A DNA stretch of 64,000 nucleotides, taken from NCBI GenBank assembly GCA_965601925.1, contig OZ271854.1, positions 4,224,001 through 4,288,000 of the forward strand, written 5' to 3'. This document shows positions 8,260-19,647 of the stretch, piece by piece. Position numbers and translations under genes: made by a program. Under the pieces are notes generated by a model. That model was not told the DNA's origin. It saw only the letters and a program-made list of their open reading frames with translations, and did not search any database. Origin of the DNA: Alkalispirochaeta sp. (GTDB taxonomy: Bacteria; Spirochaetota; Spirochaetia; DSM-27196; Alkalispirochaetaceae). Positions within the stretch are counted from its first letter, which is position 1; each line of letters begins with the position of its first letter.

Positions 8260-9276
8260 TTATTGATTCGGGACGGTGGTGGACGTGCCTGTCGGCCTAC
8301 CCATCCTTACACCTCGGTAGGCTGGCGCAGTGTCTAATCCTTGGCTATGGCGCTCGTTTCTCTCAGCCTCTTCCTGGGCTTTTCCGGCTGCTTCATATAG
8401 TTTTTCCTTAATGTAAAGATCCATATTTCGATTTAACGCGTTGTCTACTCCTCCGGAACCGAACTGGCTTCCTGTCATCTGTACCACAGCCTGCGCGGTA
8501 GCAAACTGCCCGACAAGACTCCTTGCCCGGGCGCCAGCTAATAGCATCACCTGTTCCTCCTCTGGAACACTAAACAACGGCACAACCGCCCCGGAGCTTG
8601 TCCGAACGAGGTCTCTGCTCCCGAGCGCGGCGGCTTCGAATCGTTCTTGTTGCGCCGCTGATACACGGTTAAACTCTGCGATTTCTTCGCGGCCAACGTA
8701 CTGCTGTCCCTGAATCATCGTACAGCTGCTGGCTTCCAAGATATGTGGATCCGTATGACGAGGATCACAGTCTGCTCGGTATGATTCGTTTTCAACACAC
8801 CCTTCTCCACCGTTTTGGCAGTCAACCCCTGAAATCAGAAGACGTAAATACGGCTCGTCTATCTGATCGACGGTGTGATCATTGGCTAAGGGCCGCCAGT
8901 CGAAACCTTCGGGGTTTTCTCGAGCACGATCAATCTGATCAAACATTGCTCGCATTGATGTATCGATGTCTTGCGCACCTATGTCGCCAATATCTCTGCG
9001 TACCAAGATGACACTATAGATCTCGTAGTCTCCTAAGTCGACGGAATGCTCGGCATCTAAGAGCGTCTTCATGAACTCGCTGTACTCATCGCGTGTGAAC
9101 AAATCGGCCACCGCCTCGTAATGTTCGGAAGAAGCGAAGTCGAAAGCTGTCTCGTCGTTATCAGTGGATCTGAATGGCTCGGAACCTCGTGCTGACGCAC
9201 AAGAGAACAGGATTCCGAGGCATCCGATACAAACAAGGGCCGTGATGGATCGAGTGATATGAACTACAGTCTTCAT
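8260..9276 (-). CDS. Hypothetical lipoprotein
   Basis: AGGAGGA SD before ATG 9276; signal-like N-terminus with LFS-C lipobox; no recognised domain. Confidence 0.6.
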   Translation of the reverse strand: MKTVVHITRSITALVCIGCLGILFSCASARGSEPFRSTDNDETAFDFASSEHYEAVADLFTRDEYSEFMKTLLDAEHSVDLGDYEIYSVILVRRDIGDIGAQDIDTSMRAMFDQIDRARENPEGFDWRPLANDHTVDQIDEPYLRLLISGVDCQNGGEGCVENESYRADCDPRHTDPHILEASSCTMIQGQQYVGREEIAEFNRVSAAQQERFEAAALGSRDLVRTSSGAVVPLFSVPEEEQVMLLAGARARSLVGQFATAQAVVQMTGSQFGSGGVDNALNRNMDLYIKEKLYEAAGKAQEEAERNERHSQGLDTAPAYRGVRMGRPTGTSTTVPNQ

Positions 9277-9698
9277 GAGCATTCCTCCTGATTCAGATTG
9301 TACTACCGGTACCGTGAGAAACGAAAGCAAAGTGAGGCGCGTGATATGGTTTATCCATGCCTAATCAAGCGCCTTACCTACCCCGCCCGTTACACGTGCA
9401 GGAGGCCACAACGGAATGGACATGGAACGACGGAGAGCTTGAGCAGAAGCCCGACGTACTGCTCGTAGCCGCAGAGTTCACGGAGCTGTGCGCGCACTAC
9501 GAGGCGTTGGACCGAATAAGCGATGCGGTGCGGTTAGCAATGGAGTGGTGGGATGGGTGGCAGCAGAATAGCAACAGCTTTTCCCACTTATCCCCGTGAA
9601 GCAAAGTTGCTCACTATGATTGATCATCATCGTAACTCCTTATATATTCTAGAAATTAGTGAAACGGCATAAGCCATAGTGATGCCCCGAATGGGCCC

Positions 9699-9738
9699 AA
9701 AAAAGAGGATCGGCACATTCGTACCGATCCTCTTTTTT
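9699..9738. terminator. Bidirectional intrinsic terminator, probably the displaced tRNA terminator
   Basis: AAAAAAGAGGATCGG-cacattcgta-CCGATCCTCTTTTTT directly after the right att copy. Confidence 0.85.
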
Positions 9739-10095
9739 GTGGCTGGAACCGTTCGGACTTGAAACGGAATGTGCGCCGAGCGATAGCGAGGAAAAGCGGA
9801 CACGACGTCCGCGGCAGCACACGGAGGCGGACCGGAGCGAGCCCTCGTGCGGAGGGTGACCGAGTCCTACGACGTATCACATCGACACTCCGCCGTTGCC
9901 GCTTAAAGGACCGTTCGGATCTCGTCTCTCAAAACGTGCGGCCGACATGCAACTATTTATATAAAGTATGTCTCATCACCTATTACTCCTTTACTGTCTT
10001 TCAAAGTTCTTTCAGCCGCATGTAATTACAAACAACGCCTGTTTTTCTCGTAATTCCTCCTGGACGGTCGGACGCACACTCGTTATTGTTTCGGC

Positions 10096-12222
10096 ATGAC
10101 CATACAGCGCGCGAGTCTCACGATTGCAGTAGGTCTATCGACGCTGTTCGTAGCGATCGTCGGTATTGAACTTATTCGTGTTGTCCGAGATCTCGGGAAC
10201 ACCCGCCAGATGGTGTCGACCGTGGCGGCGTCGAGCACGGTAAGCACGGCAACGATAGAGTTGTCGCTCGAGCGCTCGGTGATGCAAGTCGCACTGAATC
10301 TCGATCAACCGATCGCCCCGCAGTTCCGCTCACTCATCGACGAACAGCGCCGCCTCTCGGACGAGGCGTTTGTCGAGTCGGCCTCGATCGTTGCGGACGA
10401 TCGTCGCTTGAGTCGCGGTGAGGAGTTTATCTCGCGCCTCGCGGGATTGCGTTCGGAAATCGAGACGTTGCGCGCAATCGCGGACGAGGAGCTCACTCTC
10501 CCCCTCTCGGAACGCGACGCCGAACTCGTCGAGTCTCTGCCGCTCACCATGAAGGCCACGATCGAAGAGTTTGCGAATCTCACCGTGAAGCTTCGCGAAC
10601 GCGATGTCGAACTCCCCGGTATCGTTACGATACTGGAAGAGATCCAGCGGCGCGCCTGGGAAATTCGTGAGTACGGCGGGCGAGAGCGAACATACCTTGC
10701 CATTGCCGCAGCCGACGGTCGCCCCATATCGGATCATCGCCGCGGAGCCATGGTGGAGCTGCACGCGCGCGCGCGGTTTGCGATGGACATGGCGCTTATA
10801 CTGTCCGACAACGTGCCCGCCGACGACGAAATCCGCACGCAAATTACCGATGTATACGATACCTACTTCGAGCAATACGGCCAGATCCGCGCCGGAATGT
10901 TCCGGGCCTCCGACGCCGGCGAGCCGTACCCACTCGACTTCGACGACTTCTTTCGCGTGTCCACCGACGCGCTCCAGACCGCCGTTACACTCTCGGTGGC
11001 GTCGGGCGAGCGCACGTTGACGATTCTCAACCGGCGACAGGTACGCGCTTCGGTCTTATTGGCGATCTATGCGATCTTGCTGCTCGTGTCGGTATCGCTC
11101 TGCGCCGGCCAGATCCGCTACACCACTCGCAAAATATCAAATCGCCTGACCGGTCTCGCCGGCCAAATGGAGGTGCTTGCCTCGGGCGACACCTCGATCG
11201 ACCCCTCCCAGTATCGAGCACACGACGAGATCGGGCGGATGGCGGAGGCACTGGTCACCTTTCGGCACAATGCGGTGGAGAAGCGCAACTTGGAAGCGCA
11301 ACAGCGCGAGGACGCCGAAGAGGCGATCCGTCAACGAGAGGAGACGGTCAAACGACTCGCCGAGCGTATCGAACGGCAGACGCGTTCGTCGATCGAAGCG
11401 GTCGCCGCGAAGTCCGACCAATTGAACGACGCCGCGCGGGCGATGCGCGATCGCCTTGCTTCGATGGTCGAAAGCTCCTCCACGGTAGCGCACGTCGCCG
11501 CAACGACTCGAGAATCTTCCGACAAGGCGCGCGCATCGGTCGACGATTTCAACCGCGCGCTCGAACGTATCAACGGCGAACTCGGACACTCGAAGGAGGC
11601 GATCGACGGAGCGAGCGAGACGGTCACGCAGGCCGGACGCGCCGTCTCCGAGTTGAGCACACGTGCGGAGTCGGTGGCGGAAGTGGTACGTTCCATCGAA
11701 ACGGTCGCCGAGAAGACGCATCTCCTATCGTTGAACGCCGCAATAGAGGCGGCCCGCGCGGGTCATTCAGGTCGAGGGTTTGCGGTCGTCGCCGGCGAAG
11801 TAAAAAACCTGGCCGCCTCGACGGGTCAGTTTACACAGCGAATCTTCGGACAAATCGACGATATGCGCGAGGCAAACGAGCACGTCGTGCGCATGATGCA
11901 GGAGATAGCCGAAGGTATGCAGCGCGTCGACAGCCGCTCTCAGGAGATATTCAGTACCATCGAGGCGCAAAGCGCCGGTACGGCGGCGATCAATCAAGTT
12001 CTCGTGGAGAACCTTAAGCAAGCCGGCCTGTCGGCGGAGCGCGTTCATGAGCTCGCCGACGCCGCCGAAGAGCTGCGATCCCTCGCCGGCGGCTTGGAGG
12101 AACTCGCCTCCGACTTGGACGTCCAGGTCTCCCAGATCCGGGGCACGATCAACGGACTGACCGACGGCTCGGGCGATGAGGCGGCGAAGGCCGAGTTCGC
12201 GGAGTTAGTGGGTACCGGCTGA
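10096..12222 (+). CDS. Methyl-accepting chemotaxis protein
   Basis: Two TMs, HAMP ([10 protein letters not shown]) and signalling tip [37 protein letters not shown]. Confidence 0.92.
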   Translation: MTIQRASLTIAVGLSTLFVAIVGIELIRVVRDLGNTRQMVSTVAASSTVSTATIELSLERSVMQVALNLDQPIAPQFRSLIDEQRRLSDEAFVESASIVADDRRLSRGEEFISRLAGLRSEIETLRAIADEELTLPLSERDAELVESLPLTMKATIEEFANLTVKLRERDVELPGIVTILEEIQRRAWEIREYGGRERTYLAIAAADGRPISDHRRGAMVELHARARFAMDMALILSDNVPADDEIRTQITDVYDTYFEQYGQIRAGMFRASDAGEPYPLDFDDFFRVSTDALQTAVTLSVASGERTLTILNRRQVRASVLLAIYAILLLVSVSLCAGQIRYTTRKISNRLTGLAGQMEVLASGDTSIDPSQYRAHDEIGRMAEALVTFRHNAVEKRNLEAQQREDAEEAIRQREETVKRLAERIERQTRSSIEAVAAKSDQLNDAARAMRDRLASMVESSSTVAHVAATTRESSDKARASVDDFNRALERINGELGHSKEAIDGASETVTQAGRAVSELSTRAESVAEVVRSIETVAEKTHLLSLNAAIEAARAGHSGRGFAVVAGEVKNLAASTGQFTQRIFGQIDDMREANEHVVRMMQEIAEGMQRVDSRSQEIFSTIEAQSAGTAAINQVLVENLKQAGLSAERVHELADAAEELRSLAGGLEELASDLDVQVSQIRGTINGLTDGSGDEAAKAEFAELVGTG

Positions 12223-12344
12223 GGACAACAAACCGTTTCACTCCGCGGTGAAAGCCGACGCTCCCCGCCCCGCGGAAGACGCCGGCCGATATCGCCACCG
12301 GCGCACCGTTTTTTCGCCGTCGACCGACCGGGACGTGAGGTCGG

Positions 12345-14849
12345 CTACGTTTCACCGGGCACGGCGCTCTCGGTAGCATTCGTCTTAAAGACTCCGATCT
12401 GTGAGCCGATCGCTTCCAGATACTCTCTGTTCTGCCGGCCTAAGCTCGATAGACTCCGGCTGGATGCGCTGATCTCTTTCACTCCCGTCTCAATCTCGGC
12501 AATACGCCCCGTCACTCCCGAGGAGACGTCGCGAACGACGGTAATGGTTTCGGTGATATCTCCCATTTTTTCATCCATATGCGCACTCCCCGAGGTTACC
12601 GCGGCCGACACGTCGGTCAACGCCGAGACGGCCTCCAAGATCTGGTCGCTTCCCACCGACAGCTCTCCCAACGTCGCGTCGATTTCGGAGAACGCTTGAG
12701 CGAACCCCTCAATATCGCGGAGAATACCGCGAAGGGATTCCCCCGTTTCGTTCGCCGAGGCCATGGCCTGATCGATCGTCTTTACGACCGAGGAGATGTT
12801 GTTGCTTATGATCTCCGAGTTGTCGCTCGACCGTTCCGACAGTTTTCGGATCTCCTCCGCCACGACGCCGAAGCCGCGTCCCGCGTCACCGGCGTGGGCC
12901 GCCTCTATCGCCGCATTCATGGAAAGCAGGCTCGTTTGACTCGCAATATCGTTGATAACCGTGATCGCCTCGATAATGGTATCCGCCGCCTGTTGCACAT
13001 TTGTAATCAACTCGACCGTCACCTCCAGCTTCTCACTACCGCTGCGGGTGCGCTGGGTCAACTCGTCGCTTTCCCGTGTTTTGTTGCGGACGACGCCGCC
13101 CACGGATTGAATGGAAGCAACCATCTCTTCGACCGCCGACGAGGAGGCCGAAACGGCGTGTTGCTGTCGATCGATATCCGACACGACGTTTCGTATGAGA
13201 CCCTTGATCGCTTCCACGGAGTCGAACGTTCCTCGGATGCTCCGATCCAAATCGCCGATCTGCGTCGATATCGCGGTAAGTCCGGCCGAGATCTCCGTCA
13301 CGGCTGCCGAGCTCTCTTCGGAGTGAGTGGAGAGGCTCTGGGATATTCCGTCCGCCTCATGGATCGACGTCTTGATCGTTCGCACAATCCCGTGAAGCGA
13401 CCCGACGAAACGGTTGAAGTGGCTCGACAGCACTCCGATTTCATCCCCGTTCCGCGTAGCAATGGATACGGTAAGGTCGCCCTCGCCTTCGGCGATGTCC
13501 TGGAGCACTTCCGTCGTTCGATTGAGCGGTACGGTAATGCTCACACCGATAACCCCGATTAACAGAATGAGCGCGACCACTACCGCCGCGGATATGATAA
13601 CGGTCAGTCTACGAATCGCCGCGGCGGAGCCGAAAGCTTCCTCGGCGTCTATTTCGGCCAAGAGCGTCCAGTGAACACCCGGGATATCCAGCGGCCGATA
13701 GGCCGATAACACATCGATGCCGCGATAGTCGACGATGAGCGCTTCGCCGGTCCGGCCCGCGAGGGCGTGTTCCACCGACTCGGTGCGAATCGGCATGTGG
13801 AGAATGGTCGTCCCGTATGTTCTGATTTCGTCTCCCAGGCCGTCGGTAGCCTCGATACCGTCGAGCAGGGCCGTAAACGCGTCTCGATCCTCGACAAAGA
13901 AGCGCGAATCGGTACGCATGAGATAGTCGTCTCCGACGATATAACTCTCACCGGTCTCACCGAACCCCTCGCTCCGCCAATTACCGCCGGAGGTCATTAC
14001 GTCATTGATCCGTTCTACCGGCATTTGAAAGATCAGGACACCGAGGAGGCGCTCGCCCTCGTAGATCGGAGTCGCAATGAACGACGCCGGAGCCGCGTAC
14101 GACGGTAGGTAGGCGGAAAAATCGGCGAGGTAACTCTCTCCCGTCCGGCCGTCGAGCGCCGCGCGAAACGCTCGAGCGATGCCCGAATCGCGATAGGGAC
14201 CGGAGAGGAGACTCGTTGCGTAATCCGCCTCTTTGAAGACCGAATAGACGATGATCCCCTCGTTCGGCTCGACCAGAAAGATGTCGTAGTATCCGAACCG
14301 TTGCAAATAAGAGCGGAGAATCGGATGATAGCGGCGGTGCATCTCATCGTACGCGTCTACACCGGCGGAGACGAGCTCGTCTTTCGAACCGATCGGGTGA
14401 GGGTTGTCCGCGATGTAGCGCTGTTGAAGCACCAATGACGCGTCGTTGCGCGCGAGGTACTCCTCCGCATCATCCGTCGCCGGACGCTCGGCCTCGGAGA
14501 CGCGGGGAAAGAACTGCTGCGTTACATAGGTCGTCATCGCATCGCGAGCATTCGCGCTCGCCGCTTCACTACGCGGGGCTAAGGTAAGCCGCTCGTACTC
14601 ATCGGAGAACGCACCCATCGCCTCTATCACCATCAGGCTCTCCGAAAGTGTGACGACCTGCTGCGAAATCGTTCGGAAGTATTGCTCAATCTGCCTCGTT
14701 TTGACGTCTCGAATGGCGGTAAGCTTCTCGAAGCTCGACCGGCGAAGAGCCGTCTCGGCGATCCTGGCGGTGGTGAGGGCCACTGCCGAAAGCCCAATCG
14801 ATACGAAGACAATGATAAGCATCAAACGGCCGCGAATTGAAATTGTCAT
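12345..14849 (-). CDS. Methyl-accepting chemotaxis protein with a large Cache-type periplasmic domain
   Basis: FGYYDIFLV...IVYSVFKEADYAT; HAMP (GEGDLT...DEIG); IASQTSLLSMNAAIEAAHAGDAGRGFGVVAEEIRKL; GAGGG SD before ATG 14849. Confidence 0.92.
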   Translation of the reverse strand: MTISIRGRLMLIIVFVSIGLSAVALTTARIAETALRRSSFEKLTAIRDVKTRQIEQYFRTISQQVVTLSESLMVIEAMGAFSDEYERLTLAPRSEAASANARDAMTTYVTQQFFPRVSEAERPATDDAEEYLARNDASLVLQQRYIADNPHPIGSKDELVSAGVDAYDEMHRRYHPILRSYLQRFGYYDIFLVEPNEGIIVYSVFKEADYATSLLSGPYRDSGIARAFRAALDGRTGESYLADFSAYLPSYAAPASFIATPIYEGERLLGVLIFQMPVERINDVMTSGGNWRSEGFGETGESYIVGDDYLMRTDSRFFVEDRDAFTALLDGIEATDGLGDEIRTYGTTILHMPIRTESVEHALAGRTGEALIVDYRGIDVLSAYRPLDIPGVHWTLLAEIDAEEAFGSAAAIRRLTVIISAAVVVALILLIGVIGVSITVPLNRTTEVLQDIAEGEGDLTVSIATRNGDEIGVLSSHFNRFVGSLHGIVRTIKTSIHEADGISQSLSTHSEESSAAVTEISAGLTAISTQIGDLDRSIRGTFDSVEAIKGLIRNVVSDIDRQQHAVSASSSAVEEMVASIQSVGGVVRNKTRESDELTQRTRSGSEKLEVTVELITNVQQAADTIIEAITVINDIASQTSLLSMNAAIEAAHAGDAGRGFGVVAEEIRKLSERSSDNSEIISNNISSVVKTIDQAMASANETGESLRGILRDIEGFAQAFSEIDATLGELSVGSDQILEAVSALTDVSAAVTSGSAHMDEKMGDITETITVVRDVSSGVTGRIAEIETGVKEISASSRSLSSLGRQNREYLEAIGSQIGVFKTNATESAVPGET

Positions 14850-14995
14850 ACACGTTTCCCTCATCCCATTGTAATAGCATTTCGGCGACATTATCGCGCC
14901 GTCTCGCGGCATTCGCCGAACCGCTGCCGTCTGACCGGCCGACAATCGCGTCTCGGTCTTGGCCGACCCGCGTTGCGTGCGCTACTATCCGCATC

Positions 14996-16426
14996 ATGAC
15001 CACAACACCGTATTACCGGCCCGTCACCCAAGCCGTCGCCGACGAGCTCCGCTCGATCGTCGGCGCGCGGCACGTCGTATTCGCCGATCGCGATGCGTTG
15101 GAACCGTACTCACATGACGAGATTCCCGATCGACGCTACGCACACGAGCCGGAGGTGGTCGTCAGCCCGAAAGACGCGACCGAGATCTCCCGTATCATGA
15201 AGCTGGCCAACCGCGAGCGTATTCCCGTGACACCCCGCGGCGCCGGCAGCGGATTGTCGGGGGGCGCCGTTCCACTCCACGGCGGCATCGTGCTTCTCAC
15301 GGATCGCCTCAATCAAATTCTCGAAGTCGATTTGGACAACATGATGGTAGTGGTGGAGCCGGGCGTCATCACCGCGCATATCAACGAGCGACTCGAGGGA
15401 ACGGGACTCTTCTACGCCGGATATCCGATGAGTTTGGAAACGTGCTACGTCGGGGGAAACGTAGCGGAGAACGCCGGCGGAGGTAAGGCGGTGAAGTACG
15501 GCGTCACCGGACGCTACGTCTTGGGTTTAGAGGTCGTGACGCCCACCGGCGACATCGTCGAGCTGGGAGGTAAGCTGGTTAAGGATGTGACGGGATACAA
15601 CATGCTCCAGCTGATGGTCGGTAGCGAGGGAACGCTCGGAATCTTCACGAAAGTGTGGCTTCGTCTTACACCGAATCCGACCACGTCCGTCGACCTCCTG
15701 GCGCTCTTTCCCGACACGGCGACCGCAATCGACTTGGTACCGAGTATCATGACGAAGACCGGCATCACCCCGACGGCCATCGAGTATATCGACCGCCGGA
15801 GTTTTGCGCACGCGTGTCGATACCTCAACGAGACGATGTCGTACGAACAAGCGGGAGCGGTGCTGATCATTACCGTGGACGGTGACGACGAACAGCACGT
15901 TATCGGCGCATACGAGCGGATCGGCGCGCTCTGCGAAGAACATCACGCGTCGGAGGTGTACGTCGCCGACAATCGCACTACCAGTGAACGCATATGGGCC
16001 GTGCGTCGCAACATAGCCGAAAGCTATGCCCAGATCAGCCCGGATCAGGCGAACGAGGACCTGGTCGTACCACCCTCCGCGATTCCCGATCTCATCGCCG
16101 GCATGGAAGAGATCGCCGAGCGCCACGGAGTATTCGTACCGGCCTACGGGCACGCGGGGGACGGCAATATTCACACTCGAATCGTCCGCAACCCCGAATG
16201 GTCGCGCCGGGAGTGGGACGACCGTTTGCCGAACATTCTCGACGAGCTGTACGCGCTCACGGCGCGTCTGGGAGGTCGCATCAGCGGAGAACACGGCATC
16301 GGACACAAGCGCAAACCTTTTTTGGATCGCTTTGTCTCGCCGGAATATATCGCCATGATGCGCTCTATCAAGCGCGCACTGGATCCCGCCAACGTACTCA
16401 ACCCCGGAAAGATTTTCGACGTGTAG
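14996..16426 (+). CDS. FAD-binding oxidoreductase, GlcD / D-2-hydroxyacid dehydrogenase family
   Basis: PRGAGSGLSGG, GGNVAENAGG, GSEGTLGI, GHAGDGNIH, SGEHGIG and LDPANVLNPGK motifs. Confidence 0.9.
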   Translation: MTTTPYYRPVTQAVADELRSIVGARHVVFADRDALEPYSHDEIPDRRYAHEPEVVVSPKDATEISRIMKLANRERIPVTPRGAGSGLSGGAVPLHGGIVLLTDRLNQILEVDLDNMMVVVEPGVITAHINERLEGTGLFYAGYPMSLETCYVGGNVAENAGGGKAVKYGVTGRYVLGLEVVTPTGDIVELGGKLVKDVTGYNMLQLMVGSEGTLGIFTKVWLRLTPNPTTSVDLLALFPDTATAIDLVPSIMTKTGITPTAIEYIDRRSFAHACRYLNETMSYEQAGAVLIITVDGDDEQHVIGAYERIGALCEEHHASEVYVADNRTTSERIWAVRRNIAESYAQISPDQANEDLVVPPSAIPDLIAGMEEIAERHGVFVPAYGHAGDGNIHTRIVRNPEWSRREWDDRLPNILDELYALTARLGGRISGEHGIGHKRKPFLDRFVSPEYIAMMRSIKRALDPANVLNPGKIFDV

Positions 16427-16440
16427 CGCACCCCCGTCCT

Positions 16441-17316
16441 CTACGACGCATTCAGCGCCGAAAGTACTTCGTACAGCGCCTGTGTTCCGAGGTTGTCCAT
16501 ACCCTTTGCCATTGCGGCGCGATAGAACTGCTCGACCATGGCGAGCCCCGGGAGCGCAAGGTTGATACGCCGCGCCTCGGCGAGGGCGATCCCGATATCT
16601 TTGACAAAGTGCCGAACCATGAATCCCGGATCCATGTCGCCCCGGGCGATCCGCGGACCGAGATTATTGATCGACCACGAACCGGCCGCACCGCTACCGA
16701 TGACGGCGATCACCTCCTCTTGAGAGAGCCCCACGTTCTTCGCATACAGGAGCGATTCGACGACGCCGACCATCGTAGAAGCGATGAGAATCTGGTTAGC
16801 CATTTTGGTGTGCTGCCCCGATCCGGGCCCGCCCATCAGACGGATCGTCGTTCCCATGAGCGCAAATAGCGGTTTGACGCGTTCAAACGCCGGGGCCGCA
16901 CCGCCGACCATGATCGCTAACGATCCGGCGCGTGCGCCGGTGTCTCCTCCCGAAACCGGCGCGTCGAGGGCCGCTATACCGCGCCCTTCCGCCGCTTCGG
17001 CGATGCGTATCGCAAGACTCGGATCCGAAGTCGTCATGTCTACGAGAATAGCGCCGGTGTCGGCGACCTCTATGATCCCTTGCTCGCCCAGATAGGTATC
17101 CCGTACGTCGTGGGGATATCCGACGATGGTGAATATGATCTCCGCGCCGCGCGCCGCCTCCGCGGCATCGCTGCATATTCGAGCGCCGCGTTCCCGAAGC
17201 GGTTCGGCCTTCGACCGAGTGCGATTGTAGACCTGCAGTTCGTGTCCCGCGTCGATCACGTGCCCCGCCATGCTGTACCCCATGATTCCCGTTCCGATCC
17301 ATCCTATCGTGCTCAT
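16441..17316 (-). CDS. NAD(P)-dependent beta-hydroxyacid dehydrogenase (3-hydroxyisobutyrate / tartronate semialdehyde reductase family)
   Basis: IGWIGTGIMG, LDAPVSGG and GSGQHTKMANQ motifs; start placed at ATG 17316. Confidence 0.9.
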   Translation of the reverse strand: MSTIGWIGTGIMGYSMAGHVIDAGHELQVYNRTRSKAEPLRERGARICSDAAEAARGAEIIFTIVGYPHDVRDTYLGEQGIIEVADTGAILVDMTTSDPSLAIRIAEAAEGRGIAALDAPVSGGDTGARAGSLAIMVGGAAPAFERVKPLFALMGTTIRLMGGPGSGQHTKMANQILIASTMVGVVESLLYAKNVGLSQEEVIAVIGSGAAGSWSINNLGPRIARGDMDPGFMVRHFVKDIGIALAEARRINLALPGLAMVEQFYRAAMAKGMDNLGTQALYEVLSALNAS

Positions 17317-17447
17317 GGGTGTAGCATACCGCGTTTCAGCTCTCGGGTCATCGCTCGCCGGGGTGACCCTCCCCGCGCGTACTCCGACGAAGGGCGATAT
17401 CAACCGGCGCATCGCGGCGTACCGCACCATCGCAAAACGACATGACG

Positions 17448-19643
17448 CTACGATGAAACCAGATCGCGGAGAAGATCGCGCACCTCGCCGACACCATCGA
17501 TCGAGTACGCCGCTGCGGTGGATCCCACGCCGACCTTTATCGACACGCCGTCCTCCGGTACAGCCTGGAACATATACTCGTCGGTGGCGTCGTCCCCGAT
17601 CGCCATAACGAAGTCCCACGGCCCCGACTCCAGAAAATGTCGTACGACGCGCCCTTTGTGTACCTGCGCCGGCTTCACCTCCAGTACGCGGTTCCCGTCC
17701 AAGACGGACAGTTCCAGGTTGGCAGTAAAGCTGATAAGCGTCTCTCGAAGCTCCGCAAGGCGCACGTTGGCCAGCTCGGGCTCGCTGTTGCGATAGTGCC
17801 ACGCGAGGGAAAAGAGCTTCTCTTCCATCGCCGAGCCCGGGGTTCTGTCGACGGTACGCCGAATAATCGGCGCGATCGTCTCCTTCCACACCGGCTCCCC
17901 GACTCCCGCGTCCTGCCACGCCCCGCCGAGCTCGCGCAACCACGCTCCATGTCCGGCTCCCAAGGCTAAGGGAAGATCGCCTACCCAGCGCTCCAGGTTG
18001 TCGCGATCGCGACCGCTGGAGAGCACCAACTGTACGCCGTCGGCCTCCGCCAGCCGATGGAGGAGCGCTCGGAGCTCTTCGTCCGGTTTGGCGTGCTCGG
18101 GATGCCGAAAAAAGGGCATCAACGTGCCGTCGTAGTCCAGGACGAGCAGTCGCGAACGGGCCGATCGCCACCGGTCCAAGATCGCCGTACGTATGGAGCG
18201 ATCGATCGGCTGCGCCCGTAACGAGGATTGCAAGGCGCGCATATCGTCGAGTTTGTGCAGAAAGTCGCGCGCCCAGTGTTGCACCGTGAGGCGCTTCACC
18301 CGCTCACGCATCTTGGAGATATTGCGCTCCTGTTCACGCTTCGGACGTTGGAGCGCCTCGTAAATCGCCTGAGCTACGCCGTCTATGTCACTGGGGTTTA
18401 CGTGGGTCGCCTCGGAGAGCTCGCGCGCCGCGCCGGCGGTTTCGCTTAGGATCAGTGCGCCGTGTTTGTCTTCACGCGCCGCAAGATACTCCTTGACGAT
18501 GAGATTCATACCGTCCCGAAGGGGAGTGACGAGCAGTGCGTCGGCGCGCCGATAGAGCGCGTTTAACTCCTCGAACGAGGCGGTTTGGTACTGGTAGTGA
18601 ATGGGAACCCAATCGAGAGTGCTGAAGCGGCCGTTGATTTGACTCACTAACTCGTCGACTTCGCGCTTGAGCTCCATGTACCGCGGCACCGATTCGCGCG
18701 ACGGAGAGACGATGATCAGGAACGTCACCGAGCCGCTAAGGTCCGCATGCTTCTCCAAGAGGCGCCCGAAGGCGCGGATACGCGTCGGTATTCCCTTACT
18801 ATAGTCCAGACGGTCGACCGACAGGAGGAGCTTCTGTCCGCGATAGCGCTTCGTCATGGTCGAAAGGACATCGCGCACTTCGGACAACGTGCCGGCGTCG
18901 GAGTAACGGTGCCAATCAATACCCATGGGAAAGACATCCACCTTGACCGCTCGACGCGCCGTCTGGATGACGCCCATCGAGTGATCGTATCCGATAAGAC
19001 GTCGCACGCTGGATAGAAAGTGGCGGGCGTAATCATACGTATGAAATCCGATCAGATCCGCACCCAACATCCCTTCGATAATCGCCTCGCGCCACGGTAG
19101 GAGGCGAAAAATCTCGTACGACGGGAAGGGAATGTGCAAGAAGAAGCCCACTTGGACCTCGGGAAAGGACTCCTTGATCAGTTGGGGCAGCAACATAAGC
19201 TGATAGTCGTGAACCCACACAGTCGCGTCGTCGCGTATATGCGGTCGCAGGGCGTCAAAAAAACGACGGTTGATCGCGCGGTACGACTCCCACCATTCGT
19301 GGTTGTACTCCGCGTAGGTCGGGAAGTAATGAAAGAGCGGCCAGATCGTATCGTTACAAAAGCCGCTGTAAAACGATTCGAGCTCCTCGGAGGAGATCGG
19401 TACCGGTACCGATCCGTGCTCTGATCGGAGCGTATCGGCGATCTCGTCCCGTTCGTCCTCGGAAAGACGATCGGATGGTATTCCGCTCCATCCGATCCAG
19501 AGGGCGTTGTCGTAGTTCTCAGCCACGGAGCTGAGCCCCGTAGCGAGTCCCCCGACACTGGGAACGAACGCCGGGCCGTGATCCTTCCGTTCAACGCGTA
19601 CCGCCAAACGGTTCGATACAAATACGATTTGTCGACCGGTCAT
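17448..19643 (-). CDS. otsAB: Bifunctional trehalose-6-phosphate synthase/phosphatase
   Basis: GGLATGL, WVHDYQL, FFLHIPFP, VDRLDYSKG and DGMNL (GT20), fused to a HAD domain with LDYDGTL and GDDATDE. Confidence 0.93.
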   Translation of the reverse strand: MTGRQIVFVSNRLAVRVERKDHGPAFVPSVGGLATGLSSVAENYDNALWIGWSGIPSDRLSEDERDEIADTLRSEHGSVPVPISSEELESFYSGFCNDTIWPLFHYFPTYAEYNHEWWESYRAINRRFFDALRPHIRDDATVWVHDYQLMLLPQLIKESFPEVQVGFFLHIPFPSYEIFRLLPWREAIIEGMLGADLIGFHTYDYARHFLSSVRRLIGYDHSMGVIQTARRAVKVDVFPMGIDWHRYSDAGTLSEVRDVLSTMTKRYRGQKLLLSVDRLDYSKGIPTRIRAFGRLLEKHADLSGSVTFLIIVSPSRESVPRYMELKREVDELVSQINGRFSTLDWVPIHYQYQTASFEELNALYRRADALLVTPLRDGMNLIVKEYLAAREDKHGALILSETAGAARELSEATHVNPSDIDGVAQAIYEALQRPKREQERNISKMRERVKRLTVQHWARDFLHKLDDMRALQSSLRAQPIDRSIRTAILDRWRSARSRLLVLDYDGTLMPFFRHPEHAKPDEELRALLHRLAEADGVQLVLSSGRDRDNLERWVGDLPLALGAGHGAWLRELGGAWQDAGVGEPVWKETIAPIIRRTVDRTPGSAMEEKLFSLAWHYRNSEPELANVRLAELRETLISFTANLELSVLDGNRVLEVKPAQVHKGRVVRHFLESGPWDFVMAIGDDATDEYMFQAVPEDGVSIKVGVGSTAAAYSIDGVGEVRDLLRDLVSS

Positions 19644-19647
19644 AGCG

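Noticed and set aside
9357..9599. 80-aa plus-strand ORF near the right att
   Set aside because: No recognisable motif or SD, and it overlaps the putative arm sites; it may be a relic but cannot be supported
17317..18171. Long N-terminal extension giving a 576-aa dehydrogenase
   Set aside because: The Arg/Gly-rich extension overlaps otsAB in another frame; the Rossmann motif starts right after ATG 17316
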